A DNA stretch of 64,000 nt from Nitrososphaeria archaeon (lineage in GTDB: Archaea > Thermoproteota > Nitrososphaeria > Geothermarchaeales > JDFR-13): the NCBI GenBank assembly GCA_027078545.1, contig JALWXN010000004.1:1-64000 (forward strand). Reading direction: 5' to 3'. The notes below the pieces were generated by a model that had not been told where the DNA came from, made no database searches, and saw only the letters and a list, made by a program, of their open reading frames with translations. Shown here piece by piece: positions 40,176-49,730 of the stretch; within the stretch, counting starts at the first letter, position 1, and each line of letters opens with the position of its first letter. Position numbers and translations under genes: made by a program.

Positions 40176-40370
40176 TCATCCCCACCTCCACTTCTCAAGC
40201 ATCCTATCCTTCTTAGTCGCCTTCTTATACTCCTTCCAATGATCCTTACAGAGCTTAACCCTACGCCCAGGGAGGAGCCTAGACCCGAAGACCTTTGAGG
40301 CCTTCTCCCTAGAGATGGTCTTATAGGCCTCCGCCCCACACCCCTCGACACTACACGACTCTCGGGCCAT
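40176..40370 (-). CDS. Small basic putative Zn-binding protein
   Basis: CSVEGC...LCKDHW; ends 1 nt before the thrS TTG start. Confidence 0.7.
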   Translation of the reverse strand: MARESCSVEGCGAEAYKTISREKASKVFGSRLLPGRRVKLCKDHWKEYKKATKKDRMLEKWRWG

Positions 40371-40432
40371 GAGAATATAATATGGATACACAGAATCATT
40401 AATCTTCGGTCTAGTCTAGACGGCTGATAAAG

Positions 40433-41023
40433 ATGCTGAATAAGCTACGCCCCCACGTATCTGGGAAACTAGAGAGGCTGGGGCTGATCCTAGCCAAACA
40501 TGGCGTTAAGCCTCTACACGTAAGCCTCGCAGGGTTCCTACTAGCCCTCCTCTCCATAGCACCCCTCATCCTCCTAGAGAGAGCAGTGGGGACATCACTA
40601 TTCATCACAATGATCATATTATCCGGTGCAGCCGATGCCCTCGACGGATCTATAGCCAGAGCATCCGGAACAGTCACGAGGAAGGGGAGCCTACTAGACT
40701 CGGTGCTAGACAGGCTAACCGACACCCTCATCCTCCTCTACATATATCTAGGCGGGGTGACGGGTAACGCAGCCCTCGTAATACTGCTCGTGGCCACAAG
40801 CCTGATCATCTCCTATATACGGTCAAAGGCCGAGTCACTAGGGGTCGAGATGTCTGGAGTGGGGCTGATGGAGAGGGGCGAAAGGATAATAATAGTCCTC
40901 ATAGCAGTTGCTACACATCTATTCAGCCCCATATACACCGAGTACATCCTCACACTACTCCTAATCCTAAACCTAGTGACGATCATTCAGAGGCTACACC
41001 ATGCTTGGAAGAGCCTCAGCTAA
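40433..41023 (+). CDS. CDP-alcohol phosphatidyltransferase (archaetidylinositol-phosphate synthase-like)
   Basis: DALDGSIAR...GSLLDSVLDR; SYIRSKAE; GLMERGER. Confidence 0.92.
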   Translation: MLNKLRPHVSGKLERLGLILAKHGVKPLHVSLAGFLLALLSIAPLILLERAVGTSLFITMIILSGAADALDGSIARASGTVTRKGSLLDSVLDRLTDTLILLYIYLGGVTGNAALVILLVATSLIISYIRSKAESLGVEMSGVGLMERGERIIIVLIAVATHLFSPIYTEYILTLLLILNLVTIIQRLHHAWKSLS

Positions 41024-42410
41024 ACATACGCCTCGTCCTACCCATAGCCTCAAACCCTACATCCCTCACCCTCACAACAAGGGGGAAGTCCGACACGACA
41101 CGGCCAAGTACTAGACAGGACCCCCTACCCAAGTCCTTAACCACTAGCTTCACCGAGTCCGCATCCACGTTAGACACCTTCGAGAGCGTCTCAAGATCCT
41201 TATCGTTGAGGAAGCGGAACACAAAGATGTTGTCCAGCTGCCTAAAGATGGTCTGGTCCAGAGAGTCCGGCTGATTAGTGATGAATACCGGGAAGAGGCC
41301 GAAATGCCTCATCCTAGTGACGATATCCTCCCAGTAGGTCTCCCTAATATAGAGATGAGCCTCCTCAGCGAAGAGGAATAATGGGGGGAGCCTCCTCGCC
41401 TCCAACAGCCTAGAAATCTTGCTCAGGAATATCTCCACAAGTATCCTCCTCTCCACCCCCGATAGATCCCTAAGATTCACTATGTAGCCCCTAGAACCCT
41501 TGAAGAGGTCTTCGAGCCTGAAACTCCCACTAGGATCTATGAACCTACAGTTCTCTAGGATGTTAAGCCTGGATAGTATAGCATCCTTCACCATCAAGTT
41601 CTTAACACTGGCATCTAGATACCTAGCCACTATACCCGAGTTGAACCTACCCTCCCTCCTCATTATAGAGTCCCAGAGCTCGGCCAGGATATTTGAAGAT
41701 ACGTGTGGCAGGTCTAGAATCTTCGTCATCACATTCACAACAGTATCCTTACCCAGATACTCGATGGAGAATACAATATCCTCACCAGGCTCCAAAACCC
41801 TGAAGCCCTCGCTCTCCAAGCCTAGATACTCCCTGTTAAGGTCGAAGATCAACACATTACCACCTAGACCGACCAGGCTATAGGCAAGCAGCTTAGCTAG
41901 ATGAGACTTCCCACTCCCCTTCATCCCAGTTATCAACGTCAGCGACCCGTCAAGCTCATAGGCATCGATAACCACGGGGTTATCCAAGAGGTCAGAACCT
42001 ATAGGGACGGGATACTTAACATCCTTCCCAATTATCTCGAAGAGCCTGTCTGCCGATAACCTAACGATCTTTGAATAAGCCCTTGATGGAAGATCATCCA
42101 CAAAATTGACCGCCCTACCCCCCTTAAAGGCCGACCTAATCTTACACTTCAGGATCTTAAGATCATTAATCAGTATAGATACACGGTCATACTCAACACT
42201 GCCATCATAGGTACTGAGCCTAATCAACCCCTCCCTAATCACCTCCTCGATCAGCCCAGGGACATCCACATATTCAAAGTCCACGACCTGCACAATCAGT
42301 CCTACAGACTTCTCCTCATCCATCACCAGGAGATACTCACCCTTATAGACAGACTCCCCAGGAAAAGCGACTATCTCCAGCGTATCACCCTCCTTCCTAT
42401 ACACCTTCAT
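41016..42410 (-). CDS. HerA-like ATPase (DUF87 / FtsK-HerA superfamily)
   Basis: N-terminal HAS-barrel-like region; GMKGSGKS; IFDLNREY; LFAEEAH; RMRHFG; ITNQP. Confidence 0.88.
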   Translation of the reverse strand: MKVYRKEGDTLEIVAFPGESVYKGEYLLVMDEEKSVGLIVQVVDFEYVDVPGLIEEVIREGLIRLSTYDGSVEYDRVSILINDLKILKCKIRSAFKGGRAVNFVDDLPSRAYSKIVRLSADRLFEIIGKDVKYPVPIGSDLLDNPVVIDAYELDGSLTLITGMKGSGKSHLAKLLAYSLVGLGGNVLIFDLNREYLGLESEGFRVLEPGEDIVFSIEYLGKDTVVNVMTKILDLPHVSSNILAELWDSIMRREGRFNSGIVARYLDASVKNLMVKDAILSRLNILENCRFIDPSGSFRLEDLFKGSRGYIVNLRDLSGVERRILVEIFLSKISRLLEARRLPPLFLFAEEAHLYIRETYWEDIVTRMRHFGLFPVFITNQPDSLDQTIFRQLDNIFVFRFLNDKDLETLSKVSNVDADSVKLVVKDLGRGSCLVLGRVVSDFPLVVRVRDVGFEAMGRTRRMFS

Positions 42411-43404
42411 CCCTACCGCCCTCCACAGAACCCAATACATGAGGCCTATAGGGGATCGACATCCTAAGCCTCACACCCTTAGAGGCCAGCTGGAATACGA
42501 GGCCAACAATATCCTTAGCACCGAGCTTCGACAGGGTATGGGCCTCGACCAAGACACTGGGATACCCAGTGGGGTTTGAGGGAAGGGAATATACGATATC
42601 TAGGACCTCCTCATCAGACCCTATTGAAACATCCATCCTAAATGGATAGCCACTCGAGACTTTGAGGAACCCCAGATACGTATAGAACCCCTTCACACCA
42701 CCCTTTACACGGGAGACCCCATCAATACCCATCGACCGGAAATAGTTAAGGATAGAGACATACCTCTTAACCAGCCTACTCCTCTTCGATATCCCTACTA
42801 TGTGGACACCCCTCCTAGAAGCCTCCTCAACCACATATCTATAGATATCCGGCCTAACAACACCATGGCCAAGCAGACCATCAAGAAGCACAACTCCACC
42901 CTTTATCCCGCTGACAAGCCTAGCCACTACCGAGTATTCATATACACTTAGGAGGATACGCCTAGCTATACCCAGATCACCGAGGACCGCCGCCTTTGCA
43001 GAGCCATCAAAAATGGTTAATCCAGCCAACTCCTTCAACAACTCTGGATAGAGATACACAGCATGCGGCCCATCCAACCTAACCCTAGTAGACCCATTCA
43101 ACATGTCATACTCAACTACAGCAGACCTTATCCCCATAACGACACCCTCAACACCCTCAGCCAAAGGGACTATTGACGCGTCGACCGCGTATACAACACC
43201 ATCCCAATCAACCTTCTGAAGCACATGGAGAGACTCTGGAACCTCGACATCAGCCCTAGCTATCAACGGTGAGTAGGAGTACTGAGCCCTGGGGAGCCTC
43301 GGTATAAAGACTTTACCCCCAGCCCTCGATAGAGATGTGGATAGAGTCATCTGGATCCTATCCACCACCGTATCTAGCTCAGGCCTCGTCTTTTGAAACT
43401 TCAT
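42397..43404 (-). CDS. NurA-family nuclease
   Basis: YAVDAS, LLDG, GISKRS, GYPSVLVEAH; overlaps the herA-like start. Confidence 0.82.
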   Translation of the reverse strand: MKFQKTRPELDTVVDRIQMTLSTSLSRAGGKVFIPRLPRAQYSYSPLIARADVEVPESLHVLQKVDWDGVVYAVDASIVPLAEGVEGVVMGIRSAVVEYDMLNGSTRVRLDGPHAVYLYPELLKELAGLTIFDGSAKAAVLGDLGIARRILLSVYEYSVVARLVSGIKGGVVLLDGLLGHGVVRPDIYRYVVEEASRRGVHIVGISKRSRLVKRYVSILNYFRSMGIDGVSRVKGGVKGFYTYLGFLKVSSGYPFRMDVSIGSDEEVLDIVYSLPSNPTGYPSVLVEAHTLSKLGAKDIVGLVFQLASKGVRLRMSIPYRPHVLGSVEGGRDEGV

Positions 43405-43433
43405 AAAGCTTCATGAATACTATTGAATAAACA

Positions 43434-43447
43434 AGTATTTAAATATT
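43434..43447. promoter_or_regulatory. Palindromic bidirectional TATA element between nurA and a wHTH gene
   Basis: TATTTAAATA (43436-43445) is its own reverse complement and sits about 30 nt from both starts (43404 and 43473). Confidence 0.6.
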
Positions 43448-43472
43448 TCACATGAGGAAATCATTAGGTGGG

Positions 43473-43856
43473 ATGGATGACGAGGTCAAGGTGAAGGTTA
43501 GGATAGGAGATATCGAGGTGGAGATAACAGGCACCCCCGATAAGATTGGGGAGGTCGTCCCCAACATCATAGAGAGTATCAGGTCGGGAGCCACCCCAAA
43601 GGAGCAGAGGAAACCAGTTGGGAGGAGCTGCAAAGACGTCATCTACGAGCTATGGAGAGAGGGGTGGTTCAAGGAGGAGAGGAGGCTTGGAGACGTATAT
43701 GAAGAGCTGACTAGGAGGGGGTACTACTTCGACAAGAGTGCCATATCCCACGCCCTCTCCTCACTAGTGAAGGAGGGTATACTCACCCGCATGGGGAGAG
43801 AGAGGAGATATACCTATGTCCAGAAGATACCCTACACAGCCAAGATCCGCGGCTAG
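43473..43856 (+). CDS. Winged-helix protein A (N-terminal beta-beta-alpha module plus wHTH)
   Basis: KVRIGDIEVEITG; RRLGDVYEEL...FDKSAISHALSSLVKEGILTR. Confidence 0.8.
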   Translation: MDDEVKVKVRIGDIEVEITGTPDKIGEVVPNIIESIRSGATPKEQRKPVGRSCKDVIYELWREGWFKEERRLGDVYEELTRRGYYFDKSAISHALSSLVKEGILTRMGRERRYTYVQKIPYTAKIRG

Positions 43857-44332
43857 AGCTTCTCAAGAAGATAGAGCAGCCCCCTCAACGAGATCTTATA
43901 CCTGACCGGCTTACCACCCACCTTCTCAACAAGCCCCATGGATCTAAGCTCACTAAGCCTTGAAGAGACAGACTTAGGTGTAGAGACGACAATACTCGAT
44001 AATTGGTCAAGCGTCATAGACTCCTCCCTCCTAAGGCCGGATACATGTAGAACCCTGGAGAGCCCCAAGGCACTCAGGATCTTTAGCTGCATAGATAGTC
44101 CATCGGCCTCCTCGAGTAGGACGATCTCACCATCCATCGTAGCCTTCGCAACCCTACTAAGCTTCTCCGATAGGGCCTTATAGTCAGGCTCTATGAAGAG
44201 GGACGAGGCAAGCCTCATCCCAGGGACTACCTTGTCTAGCCATAGCATAACCTGCTCCTTGACCTCCAGCGGATCCCCCTCGAAATCAGCCTCCAAATCG
44301 CCATATTTCAGGTGGACCTTGAGATCGGTCAT
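43853..44332 (-). CDS. Winged-helix protein B
   Basis: HLKYGDLEADFEG; MTLDQL...PKSVSSRLSELRSMGLVEK. Confidence 0.8.
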   Translation of the reverse strand: MTDLKVHLKYGDLEADFEGDPLEVKEQVMLWLDKVVPGMRLASSLFIEPDYKALSEKLSRVAKATMDGEIVLLEEADGLSMQLKILSALGLSRVLHVSGLRREESMTLDQLSSIVVSTPKSVSSRLSELRSMGLVEKVGGKPVRYKISLRGLLYLLEKL

Positions 44333-44348
44333 TCCGCCTAGTCACCAG

Positions 44349-44780
44349 TCATGGCCCTGCGGAGACATATCTATATATCTTGTCATCACCCTTAATACGT
44401 CTCAACTCCCCCCTCTCCACAAGCCGCTTGAGAGTTACAGCGACAGTGCTCTTATTGAAATACTGGCCCATAGATGCCAGGGCATCGATCACCTCCTTCA
44501 ACGTCCGGGGCTTCCTACCCCACTCACTATCAAACATCTTCCTCAGTATCGAGGGGAGATTGTCACCCCTCTCTATCTTGATGCTGGGCAGGTCGATCTC
44601 CAGCTCCTCCTCTCCTTGTACCTCATCACTAGGCTCCAAAACCTCGGCTTCAAATTGGGATAGTGAGACCACCTTCTCCAGGAAGTAGTCCACGTCCTCC
44701 CTACTCCCCCTAACCTCTATCTTCAATACCGTCCCACCACTCCTCCTCAGGACTACCTTTAGATACACCTCGTCACTCAT
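44349..44780 (-). CDS. Winged-helix protein C
   Basis: LKIEVRGSREDV; PRTLKEVIDAL...FNKSTVAVTLKRLVERGELRR. Confidence 0.8.
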   Translation of the reverse strand: MSDEVYLKVVLRRSGGTVLKIEVRGSREDVDYFLEKVVSLSQFEAEVLEPSDEVQGEEELEIDLPSIKIERGDNLPSILRKMFDSEWGRKPRTLKEVIDALASMGQYFNKSTVAVTLKRLVERGELRRIKGDDKIYRYVSAGP

Positions 44781-46651
44781 ACTATCTCCTCCACCAGCCT
44801 TAGAACGGTCTTCGGATCCACCTTTCCACGATACTTAGACATTGCTATACCCATCAGCCTCTTAACAAGTATTTCACGTGGAAGCTCCCTCAGATCACTA
44901 CGGGTCTCCAAAACCCCCATCAGGAATGACCGGAGCTCCTCCGTATCCATAGACATTTTATGCCTCTCAATAGCATCATCTACATCCATACCCTTGGCAA
45001 CCTCCCTATACACCTCCTCCACAGCCTCCTTAGCCAATACACCCCTATCAACAGCCTGTGCAACCCTCAGCATCACTTCTGGGGTGACACGCTCCATATC
45101 GACACCCTCCCGTGACAGGGAGCGGGGGATCGACCTTATCAGGTGTATAACATATCTAGGCTTCAGATTCTTGGAGCTACTAAGTATGGATTCGAAGAGG
45201 TCTAGCAGATCCGAGTCATATAGATCCTCGGCCTCCTCCCTCGAGATACCATACCTCTCCACCAACTCATTAATAACCTCCTCCGGATCCCTGACAACTA
45301 TCCTCTCACGTATATCCTTAATCCTCGAGGGCCCGACAGGGATTGGTGGGACATCAGTCTCCGGATACATCCTAGCCATCCCCGGCCTAGGCCTCATGTA
45401 ATAAGTGGACCCATCGGGACCCGCTGCCCTAGTCTCCGGGGGGACGCCATCCAGGGCCTCGGCACAACGCTCCCTAATCTTCTCAAAGGTCAGCTCCCTA
45501 AGGCTCGGATCCTCAAGCCCCACTATTATGAAGCCATCCATCTCATCCATACCCAGCCTTCTACGTACAGCCTCCACCTCCTCACTAGATATGCCGTATC
45601 CCGGCAGCTCATCACTATGGAATAACCCCTTGAGACCAGTCCAGAAACGCAGCCTATCCAGTATCTCCCTAGCGAACGTCCTACCCCCAATATCCATGCC
45701 CAGGATACCCGCAAACTTGGGTAGTCTTATCCCGAATACCTCTCCACCCCTATCCAAAACCCTCCGGACAATCTTACTCGATGTGGACCTGAATATATCT
45801 GTCAGGAGAACCTCCTCCTGTGAAGCTATCTCCTCCTTGGATACACCCCTATCGGCTAGGATACGGGCTATCTCTATCAGCTTCCTCTGCCTATTATATT
45901 CATATCTAATCACAGCCTCCAGCTGATCAAGCTGCTGCACACCCTTTATCTCGACCACTGCTCCACCATCAACAGATATGTTTACATCCTGCCTGACACT
46001 CCCGATCCCCCCTCTCTTATACCCAGTAGACCTAACCAGCCTCCCAAGGTATCTAGCCACCCTGACAGCCTCATCAGGCGAGGATATGTCTGGGGCTGTA
46101 GAGATCTCTATCAAGGGTATGCCCAGCCTATCCAAGGAGTAGTGAGCCGTACTACCCTCCCTACCCAAGAGTCGAGACGCCTCCTCCTCAATGGCTAGGG
46201 ACTGGACACCATACCTCTTATCACCTATGTAGAAATAGCCATTGATACCCACCATACCAGTCCTCTGAAAACCAGTTGTGTTGGACCCGTCTACAACTAT
46301 CTTCCTCATAAATATCAGTTCATCCACCACATCCATCCCGAGATAATCAGCTATCGCCACTGCTACATCGATAGCCAACTCGTCAGGAAGATGCGGGGGC
46401 TCCTCATCCATCTCCACTAGGCAGCTAGACTCTACTGGGGAGGAATACCTAATCGTCAGGCCCTTCTCAAACTCGAAGAGCGCTGCTGGATCGACCTGGC
46501 CCAGCTCACTCTGGGTAGGCCTAAGCCTCCTAATAAAGTCTATATCCCTACCCACCACCGGGTTTGATGGGCATTTACAGAACAGCTTCCTACCAGTATC
46601 CAGCTGTATATGAACCTCCAGCCCAACCTTCAGACCCTTATATCCAGTCAT
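44777..46651 (-). CDS. gatE: Glu-tRNA(Gln) amidotransferase subunit E
   Basis: GLEVHIQL, RKIVVDGSNTTGFQRT, DRLGIPLIEI, RMYPETD. Confidence 0.96.
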   Translation of the reverse strand: MTGYKGLKVGLEVHIQLDTGRKLFCKCPSNPVVGRDIDFIRRLRPTQSELGQVDPAALFEFEKGLTIRYSSPVESSCLVEMDEEPPHLPDELAIDVAVAIADYLGMDVVDELIFMRKIVVDGSNTTGFQRTGMVGINGYFYIGDKRYGVQSLAIEEEASRLLGREGSTAHYSLDRLGIPLIEISTAPDISSPDEAVRVARYLGRLVRSTGYKRGGIGSVRQDVNISVDGGAVVEIKGVQQLDQLEAVIRYEYNRQRKLIEIARILADRGVSKEEIASQEEVLLTDIFRSTSSKIVRRVLDRGGEVFGIRLPKFAGILGMDIGGRTFAREILDRLRFWTGLKGLFHSDELPGYGISSEEVEAVRRRLGMDEMDGFIIVGLEDPSLRELTFEKIRERCAEALDGVPPETRAAGPDGSTYYMRPRPGMARMYPETDVPPIPVGPSRIKDIRERIVVRDPEEVINELVERYGISREEAEDLYDSDLLDLFESILSSSKNLKPRYVIHLIRSIPRSLSREGVDMERVTPEVMLRVAQAVDRGVLAKEAVEEVYREVAKGMDVDDAIERHKMSMDTEELRSFLMGVLETRSDLRELPREILVKRLMGIAMSKYRGKVDPKTVLRLVEEIV

Positions 46652-47978
46652 CTACACACCTCCTCCTCGCCGGGAAACTCCTCGGGAGTATATCGTGGGA
46701 TATAGGCGTTGGCATGAGAGTATCGAGATAGTCCTTGCCAAAGCTCCCCAGGATCCAGGTAGCCTTTACATAGGCGGTCTCTGAGAGCATATCCTCAAGG
46801 GGCACCACGCCTATACGTAGGAGATCCCTACCGGTGTCATACACCCTGAGGTTCGTCCTACCCCATATACACTGCGAAGCCATAAAGACCCGGACCTCCT
46901 CTATAAACTCCTCCAAAACCTCTATAACACCCTGGGACACGTGGCCAAGGCCGGATCCCTCAATCACCAATGCATCAATACCAGAGGCCATGACCAGCCT
47001 GACCACACTCGGATCCATGCCGGGGAAGAATTTGAGTAGGAAGACGCCCCTCTCTGCGAAGCCAGGCCTATACTCCACACTACCCCCACCCCTCTTGACA
47101 AATCTCAGCTCATCCCTAAGCCAGGTATATCTGATCTCCTTGAGATTCTTAACGAGGGCTAGGGGAGGGGCGCCAATAGTCTCGAAGGCATATCTGGCAC
47201 TGGTATGGTTCTTCCTAACCCTTGTACCCAGATGGATAGCCACCAAGTCATCAGATGTCGTGTGATGCATAGCTACGAAGACCCCACCAACATCCATATT
47301 CCCAGCAGCGTATAGGGCCGAGAGGAGATTAACAGCAGCATCGGAGCTAGGCCTATCACTAGACCTCTGGGACCCCACCAGTATAACGGGGATATCTATG
47401 CCCCTAAGTGCATAGCTCAAGGCTGCCGACGTATAGCCGAGTGTGTCAGTACCATGGAGAACAACGACTCCATCCACACCATCCCTATAGGCCCCATAGA
47501 CAGCATCCGCTATCTTAGCCCAGTCACCAGGTGTGAGATGCTCACTATACTTATTCATCAGGACTACAGTCTCAATATCCGCTATATCGAGAACCTCAGG
47601 AATGATGTCGAAGAGATCCTCGGGCGTAACAGCTGACCTAACACCTCCCGTTCTATAATCCACCCTACTCAGTATGGTACCACCCACCGCGATGATCCTA
47701 ACCCGGGGCAGGGAGGAGGGTCTCTCCACCCTTCTCCTGACACTCTCAACACCACTCCATGGAGGCTCCAAACGCCTCACATCGACTATACGATCCATCC
47801 TCATCCCAATGTTATACCCATTATCCAGCTTCAGGATCAGGATATCCTCCCCTGAGAAGATGGTCTTAGGCATCAAAACGCCCCTAAGCCTCTTACCACC
47901 ATCATACACAATCTCTACATAGTCCCCCACCCTAACTCCGAAGCGTTCCAAGAAGACCTCGTAGATAGACCTCGTCAT
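46638..47978 (-). CDS. gatD: Glu-tRNA(Gln) amidotransferase subunit D
   Basis: KLDNGYNIG; GGTILSRVDYRTG; HGTDT; SQRSSDRPSSD. Confidence 0.96.
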   Translation of the reverse strand: MTRSIYEVFLERFGVRVGDYVEIVYDGGKRLRGVLMPKTIFSGEDILILKLDNGYNIGMRMDRIVDVRRLEPPWSGVESVRRRVERPSSLPRVRIIAVGGTILSRVDYRTGGVRSAVTPEDLFDIIPEVLDIADIETVVLMNKYSEHLTPGDWAKIADAVYGAYRDGVDGVVVLHGTDTLGYTSAALSYALRGIDIPVILVGSQRSSDRPSSDAAVNLLSALYAAGNMDVGGVFVAMHHTTSDDLVAIHLGTRVRKNHTSARYAFETIGAPPLALVKNLKEIRYTWLRDELRFVKRGGGSVEYRPGFAERGVFLLKFFPGMDPSVVRLVMASGIDALVIEGSGLGHVSQGVIEVLEEFIEEVRVFMASQCIWGRTNLRVYDTGRDLLRIGVVPLEDMLSETAYVKATWILGSFGKDYLDTLMPTPISHDILPRSFPARRRCVDDWI

Positions 47979-47982
47979 CCCA

Positions 47983-49608
47983 TCACCCCAGATACTTACT
48001 CACGTATGGACCATCCCTCCTATATCCATGCCTATAGTAGTACTCCCTCACACCCACACCACTGATAACCAGGATCTTCTCCCCACCAAGTGTAGAGGCA
48101 TAATCCTCCGCCACACTAAGCAGTCTCGACCCCACACCACTATGCTGCCAACTACTCTCACCACTCGGCGATCCCAGGGGGAGGCTCCTGCCATATACAT
48201 GTAGCTCCCTAACGATGAAGCTCTCACTAGAAACAATCTCCTCACGCCACGCCCTATGGGACGGCCTCCTAAGCCTGATAAAGCCTATGATAATATCCTT
48301 CTCAACATCCTCCATACTGATGAAGAACTCTAGACCATGGCTAGCCGAATACCTCCTCACCCTTATCACATATCGATCGGGATTAACACCCTCCTTAACA
48401 TACCTATGCCCAGCCTCCCTACACCTGATACATCTACACCTAGCCTCACGGAGAGATAGCTCCTCATAGACCAGCTGCCTAAGGTTGGGATACCTAACCC
48501 CAGCCACAACCTCCGTCGACGGTATATCCCTATTGACCCTCATCACCCTGGTCCACGGCGGGATATAGTTCATCTTAACAGTCGCGATGAGGTCCCTAGC
48601 CTCCTCCGTCTCCAGGGGCTTGTAACGACCCTCCCTCCACAGCTTAATAAGCCCTGTATGCTCGAGGACCAGGGTGGGATATATCTTTAGATGGTCAGGT
48701 AGGTAGAGATCACTAGTGAATACCCGTTCGAAGACCTGGATATCATCTGCAAAACTTGTCAACGGAAGGCCAGGCATCAGGTGATACGTAACCTTCAGAC
48801 CAGCATCCTTAAGTAGCTGAGTAGCATCCACAACATCCCACTGCGTATGTCCCCTATTCACAAATCTATGGACATTATCATATATCGATTGGACACCAAG
48901 CTCAACACGGGTAGCACCGTGCTCCAACATCCAGTCAATATCCTCCTCCTTAGCGGCGTCGGGCTTAGTCTCGAAGGCCAGGCCTACAATCCTATACCTA
49001 GAACGCTCCGCAGCCACTAGAGCCTCATCCATTGACCTAGGATAGTAGCCAATGAAGAACTGGAATAGCCTCTTCATATAGGCCTCACGATACCACTCGG
49101 GAGACTTGTTAAAAGTCCCTCCCTGGATAACTATATCGATCTTATCGGTTGAATGGCCCATACTCTCCAGCTGCCTAACCCTACTCTCAACCTGTCTATA
49201 GGGATCAAACTGGAAGTTTATACCCCTCATAGCACTTGGCTCCTTACCAGTATAGGATATAGGCGCATCGGGGTAGTGCGGACAATAGATGCACCTACCA
49301 TGGGGGCACTCAAATGGAGCCGTCATAATAGCCACGATAACTATCCCAGAAATACTCCTGACAGGCTTCTTCAAGAGGAGAGACCTGACACTCTCCGAGG
49401 AGATATAGGGGATCAGATCCGCATTACTAGGTGTGTAGCCGAGGCCAAACTTCTTAGCTGCCTCCAGCTTAACCCTCTGCACCACATCCCTAGAGACGGA
49501 TCCATATATCCTAATATGGTCGGAGAGCCTCCTCTCAACATACCTGGCTACCATCTCGACAACAGAGGCTCCAGTCGACACAGCCACACCTCCCCATTTA
49601 GATAACAC
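47983..49608 (-). CDS. elp3: Elp3-family radical SAM / acetyltransferase (tRNA U34 carboxymethylation)
   Basis: CPHGRCIYC; VELGVQS; LKIYPT; VRELHVYG; GVREYY. Confidence 0.95.
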   Translation of the reverse strand: MLSKWGGVAVSTGASVVEMVARYVERRLSDHIRIYGSVSRDVVQRVKLEAAKKFGLGYTPSNADLIPYISSESVRSLLLKKPVRSISGIVIVAIMTAPFECPHGRCIYCPHYPDAPISYTGKEPSAMRGINFQFDPYRQVESRVRQLESMGHSTDKIDIVIQGGTFNKSPEWYREAYMKRLFQFFIGYYPRSMDEALVAAERSRYRIVGLAFETKPDAAKEEDIDWMLEHGATRVELGVQSIYDNVHRFVNRGHTQWDVVDATQLLKDAGLKVTYHLMPGLPLTSFADDIQVFERVFTSDLYLPDHLKIYPTLVLEHTGLIKLWREGRYKPLETEEARDLIATVKMNYIPPWTRVMRVNRDIPSTEVVAGVRYPNLRQLVYEELSLREARCRCIRCREAGHRYVKEGVNPDRYVIRVRRYSASHGLEFFISMEDVEKDIIIGFIRLRRPSHRAWREEIVSSESFIVRELHVYGRSLPLGSPSGESSWQHSGVGSRLLSVAEDYASTLGGEKILVISGVGVREYYYRHGYRRDGPYVSKYLG

Positions 49609-49730
49609 AAATGAATGGTTTATAGTGTTGAAGTAGGTAAATACACGGTTTACACATAGTTTACATCTTTGGCCAGCCCCAACTATTTATAGGGCTGGAC
49701 ACCTATCAAATCTCTATAGGTGATGGATAC

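Noticed and set aside
40175-40399. N-terminal 75 aa of the 546-aa thrS ORF
   Set aside because: Overlaps a better small Zn-protein gene in another frame and does not resemble an editing domain.
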